NCBI GenBank assembly: GCA_049903315.1
Contig: JBNGBT010000005.1
Span: 96,001 to 160,000, forward strand
Source: Candidatus Cloacimonadota bacterium
GTDB taxonomy: Bacteria > Cloacimonadota > Cloacimonadia > JGIOTU-2
Length of the DNA: 64,000 nucleotides
Direction of reading: 5' to 3'
Below the pieces are notes generated by a model. That model was not told the DNA's origin. It saw nothing but the letters and a program-made list of their open reading frames with translations, and made no database searches. Both the position numbers and the translations under genes were made by a program. Numbering within the stretch: position 1 is the stretch's first letter; the number at the start of each line of letters is the position of its first letter. Positions 57,873-64,000 of the stretch are shown here, piece after piece.

Positions 57873-58577
57873 GTGAAATACAAGAGAATCCTGTTAAAAA
57901 TCAGTGGAGAAATACTACAGGGAAAGAATTCCTTTGGTATTGAAAATGATGCTGTTACACGGATTGTCAAAGAACTTGTTGATCTTCACACAAAGGGATT
58001 GGAACTCGGCATTGTCATAGGCGGCGGTAACTTTTTCCGTGGAGCTACTTCTGCGATCGAAGGTATGAGACGTCCTGAAGCTGATGCGATCGGCATGCTC
58101 GCAACTGTACAAAATGCAATTGTCCTTCATGAAAAATTGCGGGAATACCACGTGCTTTCGGAAATCTTTACTGCAGAACCCATTGCATCGATAGGCACAT
58201 GCTTTTCATCTGAAAGTGCGCAGGCAGCTCTTCGAGCCGGCAAAGTCGGTCTTTATTCGGGGGGAACCGGGAATCCGTATTTTACTACTGATACCGCAGC
58301 AGTTCTACGTGCACTTGAGATTGAAGCAGATATTCTTTTCAAAGGAACAAAAGTTGATGGTGTGTATGATAGAGATCCTGTAAAATTTCCTGATGCTACG
58401 CTCTTCAATAATATTTCTTACGCTGATTATATTGAATTAAATCTCAAAGTAATGGACCTCACTGCTATTTCACTGGCAAAAAATAATCACTTAAAAATAA
58501 AAGTATTCAATATCAAAGAACTTGGAAATATTTCCAAAGCTGTTTTTGAAGATAATTTCGGAAGTATCATAGAGTAA
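57873..58577 (+). CDS. pyrH: Uridylate kinase
   Basis: RILLKISGE, GGGNFFRG, GTGNPYFTTD, KVDGVYD.DP. Confidence 0.97.
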   Translation: MKYKRILLKISGEILQGKNSFGIENDAVTRIVKELVDLHTKGLELGIVIGGGNFFRGATSAIEGMRRPEADAIGMLATVQNAIVLHEKLREYHVLSEIFTAEPIASIGTCFSSESAQAALRAGKVGLYSGGTGNPYFTTDTAAVLRALEIEADILFKGTKVDGVYDRDPVKFPDATLFNNISYADYIELNLKVMDLTAISLAKNNHLKIKVFNIKELGNISKAVFEDNFGSIIE

Positions 58578-58654
58578 CCAATAACGGATATGTTGCACAC
58601 TCAGTTCATTATACATTGTCATGCAACACCGGAGGATAACAAGAGGAGTTAACA

Positions 58655-59218
58655 ATGCAAGAATTAGAGTCGATTTACAATGACACTCGCGACAAGATGG
58701 ATAAGGCCATTGAAGCTCTTCACAAAGAGCTCATGAAGATTCGAACAGGTAAAGCTAATATCTCCCTTCTTGATGATATAACTGTTGATTACTATGGACA
58801 GCCTTCCCCCCTCAATCATATTGGAACGATCTCTGTACCCGAAGCACGGCTTATTCTCATTAATCCATGGGAAAAGAAAATGCTGCAAAACATTGAAAAA
58901 GCGATCCTTGCATCTGATCTCGGCATCACACCTCAGAATGATGGAAATGTGATCAGACTTGCTTTTCCGCCACTTACTGAAGATAGAAGAAAGGATCTCG
59001 GTAAGTTAGTAAAAAAGCATGGAGAAGAGGCAAAGATTTCGGTCAGAAATATTCGCAGAACTGCTAATGATGATATCAAAAAATTAGAAAAGGATAGTGT
59101 TATTTCTGAAGATAATTCCAAAGATGGGTTGGATGAAATTCAGGAAATCACTGATGAATTTACAAAAAAAATCGACGAAACTGTCGAACATAAAGAAAAA
59201 GAAATCATGGAGATTTAA
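58655..59218 (+). CDS. frr: Ribosome recycling factor
   Basis: IRTGKA, VDYYG, IEKAI..SDLG, PPLTE.RR, RNIRR. Confidence 0.97.
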   Translation: MQELESIYNDTRDKMDKAIEALHKELMKIRTGKANISLLDDITVDYYGQPSPLNHIGTISVPEARLILINPWEKKMLQNIEKAILASDLGITPQNDGNVIRLAFPPLTEDRRKDLGKLVKKHGEEAKISVRNIRRTANDDIKKLEKDSVISEDNSKDGLDEIQEITDEFTKKIDETVEHKEKEIMEI

Positions 59219-59224
59219 CGTATT

Positions 59225-59407
59225 ATGAGCTTTATTATAACCTCAGATTGTATTAAATGCGGATCCTGCATGGAAGTATGCCCGGAAAAAGCTATTATCG
59301 AAGACGATACACAATACATAATCACCGATGATTGCATAGAGTGTGGACTGTGCCTGAAAGAATGTCCTCTCGAGGCAATCAAAGCTAACAATAATCACAA
59401 GAAATAA
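59225..59407 (+). CDS. 2[4Fe-4S] ferredoxin
   Basis: Two CxxCxxCxxxCP motifs. Confidence 0.92.
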   Translation: MSFIITSDCIKCGSCMEVCPEKAIIEDDTQYIITDDCIECGLCLKECPLEAIKANNNHKK

Positions 59408-59411
59408 AAAT

Positions 59412-62033
59412 ATGAATTTTGAAAATAAGTGCACGATCGACAGAAGAACCAATGCTATAATCGGACTTGTCGTTTTTCTGTCTGTTTTTATTATCTATTA
59501 TATCACAAAACCAGTGTCACTTTCGTTTTGGGATTGCGGTGAGTATATTTCCTGCAGTTCAATTCTTGGAGTGCCACATCCTCCCGGAAATCCTTTTTAT
59601 ATCTTACTTGGGAAATTTTTTACTCTTCTCCCGATAGGACTTTCACATGCTCAGGCAGTAAGTCTACTTTCAATATTTTTTAGTTGTTTTGCGGTTCTCT
59701 TTGTCTATCTTTCCATTGTAAAGCTTGTTGCGATCTGGGAAACAAAGCAGATCTATGCATATATTGCAGGAGTTATTGGCGCGCTCTTCATTGCATTTTC
59801 CCAGGAATTTTGGATCAATGCGATAGAGGCGGAAGTATATGGGGGATTATCATTTTTCATTGCACTTATCATCTGGCTGACACTTATCTGGACAGAAAAG
59901 CAAAAGAACTTCGATCATCAGAATATTTTACTCCTTATTGTATATCTTTTCTTTCTCGGCTTCGGTGTACATCAAACAACATTACAGATCGCTCCGGCGG
60001 TGTTAATCATTGTAGTTCTCCCATTCCTCAAATTTGATAAACAATTCTATAAGAAACTTGCGATCTTCGTGGTGATAGGACTTGCTCTTTATTATATTTT
60101 CTATCTTATAGGAACGGGCTTCGGACATGGAAGTCTTGGCAAATATATCTTTGCACTTTTGGTTATTGGTGTAATGATATATTACCTGAAGGATTTTGTC
60201 CAGCCGCAAGTATGGTTTTTTGCACTCTTAATGGTCATCCTTGGATTGAGCACACACCTTATTCTCCCGATCCGTGCGGCAGCAAATCCCTTTATTAATG
60301 AGGGAGACCCATCTACTTTGCCGAGATTCATGGATTATGTGTTCAGAAAACAATATGGTCCAACCAGTTTCTTTGTCCGCCGAGCTCCCATCTTTATGCA
60401 GCTTGATTTCCATTTCCTCAGATATTTCAGCTGGCAGTTTTTCGATGCCGGTGTCATAAGCAATTTCTTGCATGTCTCCAAACAATTCATTCATACGATT
60501 TTCCAATTTATTGTTGTTGCACTCGGACTGACCGGCTTGTACTATCAGTTTAAAAAAAGTAACCGCTCATTCATTTATCTCGCATCATTCTTTTTCATGG
60601 CAAGTATCGCAATGATACTTGTAATGAATCTCTCATCTGCGGAAGTGCGTGACAGACCATACTTTTTCATCACTGCGTACATACTGTGGGCTTTCTGGAT
60701 GGGCATCGGGGCAATGGGAATAGTCCGATTCTTAAGAAAAAAATCGAAGCTACTTGCGATTATTGTTTTGTGCCTTATCGCAACACTTCCAATTATAAAT
60801 ATGGCTTCTCATTATCATAAAACTGATAGAAGTCAGGAGCTTCTTTCGCTCGAGTACGGAACCAATTTCTTAAATGGTCTTGATAAGAATGCCATTATTT
60901 TCACGAATGGTGATAATGATACTTTCCCGCTCTGGTATTCCCAGGCAGTGTATGATCCTAATGCACAAGAGTATTATCTCGAAGATGATACACTTCTTTT
61001 TGCAGAGATAAAAGGATTTTCAATCTCAAAAAAGGGAGAAATGCCGAAAAGAACTCAGATAAAACTGAATGAAGCGTATTTGGCTAAAAAGGATCTTGGT
61101 GGGATTCGCAAAGATGTTTCTGTCGCGAATTTGAGTCTTCTCAACACTCCGTGGTATATAAAACAACTCCGTGATTTTGAAGGCATAGAAATAAATCTCT
61201 CGGATAAACAAATAGATGCACTTCATCCAATCCAGCTTGCGAACGAAGCAAATTTCAAGGTCGGCGATCTCAAGATCACTTTCCCAAAGGATAAACAGCT
61301 TTACGTCAAAGATCAGATGGTTCTCCAGATCATAAAAGATAACTATGGCAAACGCCCGATTTACTTCGCAGTTACAGTTGCAGACCGTGTTGATTTTGAT
61401 GAATACCTTCAAAGCGAAGGCATGGCGGACAGAATAATCTCAACAAAAGCAAAATATCAGATAAATGCTCCACGACTCAATCATAATATCGAAAATGTAT
61501 TTGATTACAAGTCCATCTATAATGATAATCTCTACAAGGATGAGAACATGAAGCGCCTTATCAATAATTACGGTGCGGATTTCATGCGCATGTCCACAAC
61601 GTTCTATCAGAATGAAGATTATGATAATGCAGTAAAATATCTCAAAAAAGCAATGAATTTCATAAAAGAGAAAGATAGATATCTACCGAGTCTTGCGAAT
61701 TTGTATTATGAGATGGGCTTATACGATAGTGCTCTCATTGTGCTTGAACCGTTAGTAGAAAAGAGTCCCGAAGACCCTCAGCTTGTTTATCTGCAAATTG
61801 AATTCTTAGTGAAGAATGAAGATATCCCTGGTGCTCTCAGTGCTCTTGAGAACTTCATTATGAAAAATACAGATCAGCACTATTTCCTCAACCGTTATGT
61901 TAATATTATAAGAGGTAATCCTCAATATATTGAAAGAGCCCTCTCGTACATGGATGAATTGGTGAAGCAGTTTCCTGATAATAAATCATTCCAGCAATTT
62001 AAAGAACAGATTGAAGATATTAACCAAAAGTAA
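59412..62033 (+). CDS. DUF2723/TMEM260-like multi-TM glycosyltransferase with C-terminal TPRs
   Basis: SFWDCGEYI....LGVPHPPG.P.Y, FW.NA.EAEVY, RDR.YFF, FTNGDNDTFPLWY, NLSLLNT.WY. Confidence 0.9.
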   Translation: MNFENKCTIDRRTNAIIGLVVFLSVFIIYYITKPVSLSFWDCGEYISCSSILGVPHPPGNPFYILLGKFFTLLPIGLSHAQAVSLLSIFFSCFAVLFVYLSIVKLVAIWETKQIYAYIAGVIGALFIAFSQEFWINAIEAEVYGGLSFFIALIIWLTLIWTEKQKNFDHQNILLLIVYLFFLGFGVHQTTLQIAPAVLIIVVLPFLKFDKQFYKKLAIFVVIGLALYYIFYLIGTGFGHGSLGKYIFALLVIGVMIYYLKDFVQPQVWFFALLMVILGLSTHLILPIRAAANPFINEGDPSTLPRFMDYVFRKQYGPTSFFVRRAPIFMQLDFHFLRYFSWQFFDAGVISNFLHVSKQFIHTIFQFIVVALGLTGLYYQFKKSNRSFIYLASFFFMASIAMILVMNLSSAEVRDRPYFFITAYILWAFWMGIGAMGIVRFLRKKSKLLAIIVLCLIATLPIINMASHYHKTDRSQELLSLEYGTNFLNGLDKNAIIFTNGDNDTFPLWYSQAVYDPNAQEYYLEDDTLLFAEIKGFSISKKGEMPKRTQIKLNEAYLAKKDLGGIRKDVSVANLSLLNTPWYIKQLRDFEGIEINLSDKQIDALHPIQLANEANFKVGDLKITFPKDKQLYVKDQMVLQIIKDNYGKRPIYFAVTVADRVDFDEYLQSEGMADRIISTKAKYQINAPRLNHNIENVFDYKSIYNDNLYKDENMKRLINNYGADFMRMSTTFYQNEDYDNAVKYLKKAMNFIKEKDRYLPSLANLYYEMGLYDSALIVLEPLVEKSPEDPQLVYLQIEFLVKNEDIPGALSALENFIMKNTDQHYFLNRYVNIIRGNPQYIERALSYMDELVKQFPDNKSFQQFKEQIEDINQK

Positions 62034-62076
62034 TAAGGATTATATAAATATAATTAATTGCTATAAATATTGACGT

Positions 62077-62104
62077 AAAACCCAGTTGAAAATTACTGGG
62101 TTTT
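62077..62104 (+). terminator. Probable intrinsic terminator between DUF2723 gene and secA
   Basis: aaaacccagt-tgaaaatt-actgggtttt. Confidence 0.65.
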
Positions 62105-62139
62105 CAATTATTAGCAAATATTAGCAAAATAAAGAGATT

Positions 62140-64000
62140 ATGATAAAAAAAGTTTTAACAAAGATTTTCGGTACTCAGTTCGAACGGGAAGTGAAAAAAA
62201 TCCAGCCCGTTGTTGATGAGATCAATCGCATTTATGCAGAGCTGTCATCTCTTTCTGAGGAGGAGCTTAAGCACAAAACTGTCGAGTTTAAAGAGAGAAT
62301 TCAACAGCGGATTGATGCCAAGCAAAAGCTTCTTGATGAGCTTGAATTAAAGTATGACGAAACCTCTGATGATAATGAGAAAGACCGCATCGGCTTCCAG
62401 ATAGATGATGCGAAGAAGGATCTCGATGAGGAAACTGCAAAAGTACTTGAAGATATTCTCCCCGAAGCATATGCAGTGATAAAGGAAACCTGTCGGCGTT
62501 TTGTCGGAACATCATGGTCTGTTCGCGGACGTGAAACGCAATGGAATATGATACCATACGATGTCCAACTAATCGGTGCGATCGCCCTGCATAAAGGGAT
62601 GGTCACAGAGATGAAAACCGGTGAAGGAAAAACCCTAGTCGCAACCATGCCTTTGTATTTGAACGCTCTTGTAGGCAAGGGTTCTCATCTTATTACGGTG
62701 AATGATTATCTTGCGCAACGTGATGCTGAATGGATGGGACAGATATACAAATATCACGGATTGACCGTAGGTTGTATATTTGGCGAACAAGAACCACCTG
62801 TACGAAGAGAGCAATACGTTGCGGATATCACCTATGGCACAAATAACGAATTTGGTTTTGATTATCTAAGAGATAATATGGCTGTTAGTCCAGACAGACT
62901 TGTACAGCGTGAGCATCATTATTGCATCGTTGACGAGGCAGACAGTGTGCTTATAGATGAGGCGCGAACACCGCTTATTATTTCGGGAACGGTTGAACAT
63001 TCGAAAAATTATTACAGAGAACTCAACCCACAGATACGTAAATTAGTGACCAAGCAGCAGCGATTGGTGAATGAGCTTTTATCTGAGATCAATACTATGA
63101 TAGAGAAGGGCACTGCTCAGGAAAATGAATTTGAATTCGGGAAGAAAATGCTTACTGTAAAGCGCGCTGCACCGAAATCAAAACGTTTCATGAAATTGCT
63201 GAAAGACGGCACGTATCAAAAGATCATGAATGATGTCGAGGGGCAGTATCTGCGAGAGAAGCAGCTTCATAAGATCGATGAACAGCTTTATTATGCGATC
63301 GACGAAGGACAGCGAAGTGCAGATCTCAATGAGATGGGGCAGGATGAACTCTCTAAATTTGACAGTTCACTGTTTGTCATGCCTGACCTTGATGAAGAGA
63401 TCGAAAAAATTAATAATGATGAATCGCTAGATAAAGCTGCAAAGCAGGTAAAAAAACAGAAATTACAGGAAGATTTCCTTGAAAAAAATGAGAAACTTCA
63501 TAACATTAAACAAATGCTTCTCGCATTTTCAATATTTGAAAAAGATGTAGAATATATTGTTTCTGATAATCGGGTAATAATCGTCGATCAGTTCACAGGA
63601 CGTATCATGCCCGGAAGGCGCTTTAGCGAAGGGCTTCATCAGGCCTTGGAAGCAAAGGAAAATGTTCAGATACAGGAAGCCACGCAAACACTTGCTACCA
63701 TTACACTTCAGAACTATTTCCGAATGTATACGAAACTCGCAGGTATGACAGGTACTGCCATTACGGAGCAGGTTGAATTTGAAGAAATTTACAAACTACC
63801 CGTTATCGAGATACCAACAAACGAACCGATACGCCGGATTGATTATGACGATCTTATCTATAGAACGAAAAAAGAAAAATATGAAGCACTCACTGATGAA
63901 ATTGAAGATATGTATAAGCAGCGCAGACCGGTACTTGTAGGTACGATATCTGTTGAAGTATCAGAGATAATCAGCAGGTTGCTGAAAAGGAAAAATGTCC
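62140..64000 (+). CDS. secA: Preprotein translocase subunit SecA (3'-truncated by window; absent from the ORF track)
   Basis: Translation from ATG 62140: YDVQLIG, EMKTGEGKT, TVNDYLA.RD, DEADSVLIDEARTPLIISG, GLHQALEAKE, AGMTGTA. Confidence 0.98.
   Translation, partial: MIKKVLTKIFGTQFEREVKKIQPVVDEINRIYAELSSLSEEELKHKTVEFKERIQQRIDAKQKLLDELELKYDETSDDNEKDRIGFQIDDAKKDLDEETAKVLEDILPEAYAVIKETCRRFVGTSWSVRGRETQWNMIPYDVQLIGAIALHKGMVTEMKTGEGKTLVATMPLYLNALVGKGSHLITVNDYLAQRDAEWMGQIYKYHGLTVGCIFGEQEPPVRREQYVADITYGTNNEFGFDYLRDNMAVSPDRLVQREHHYCIVDEADSVLIDEARTPLIISGTVEHSKNYYRELNPQIRKLVTKQQRLVNELLSEINTMIEKGTAQENEFEFGKKMLTVKRAAPKSKRFMKLLKDGTYQKIMNDVEGQYLREKQLHKIDEQLYYAIDEGQRSADLNEMGQDELSKFDSSLFVMPDLDEEIEKINNDESLDKAAKQVKKQKLQEDFLEKNEKLHNIKQMLLAFSIFEKDVEYIVSDNRVIIVDQFTGRIMPGRRFSEGLHQALEAKENVQIQEATQTLATITLQNYFRMYTKLAGMTGTAITEQVEFEEIYKLPVIEIPTNEPIRRIDYDDLIYRTKKEKYEALTDEIEDMYKQRRPVLVGTISVEVSEIISRLLKRKNV

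Noticed and set aside
58585..58632. Hairpin between pyrH and frr (tgttgca/tgcaaca), and a similar one before pnp at about 8919-8948
   Set aside because: Short stems, plausibly ordinary processing or stability elements; no further support
62288..63430. Short ORFs listed in the last 2 kb and other antisense or overlapping ORFs in the track
   Set aside because: Shadows of secA and other well-supported genes
1..64000. CRISPR array, tRNA, rRNA, transposase, integrase or reverse transcriptase
   Set aside because: No regularly spaced repeats, tRNA/rRNA signatures or catalytic motifs were seen in intergenic regions or ORFs

Overview
AT-rich bacterial chromosomal segment, most consistent with an anaerobic FCB-group organism, probably Candidatus Cloacimonadota. 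This is inferred from T9SS/FlgD-type C-terminal domains of the YNIKGQ type, a C25 peptidase, a FISUMP lipoprotein and gene order. The backbone is housekeeping: end of the dcw cluster (murB-ftsQ-ftsA-ftsZ), rpsO-pnp, wecB-galE-ugd, hflKC, rplM-rpsI-rpsB-tsf-pyrH-frr and the 5' part of secA. Interleaved are an Rnf/Nqr hybrid operon lacking NqrA/RnfC/RnfB, an orphan hybrid histidine kinase and six large secreted proteins with T9SS-like CTDs. Main observations: (1) exported proteins are strongly enriched in D-[ST]-hydrophobic sequons and a DUF2723/TMEM260-like glycosyltransferase sits directly before secA, suggesting a general protein O-glycosylation system; (2) two unrelated surface-protein genes 33.5 kb apart share a ~150-bp promoter/leader module, and one of them is bounded by direct repeats and ends in a DGR-target-like FISUMP domain; (3) a candidate ~130-nt anti-Shine-Dalgarno sRNA; (4) ribosomal protein S2 fused to a classical C2H2 zinc finger. 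No tRNA, rRNA, CRISPR array, transposase or reverse transcriptase was seen. All calls are by eye, without database searches.
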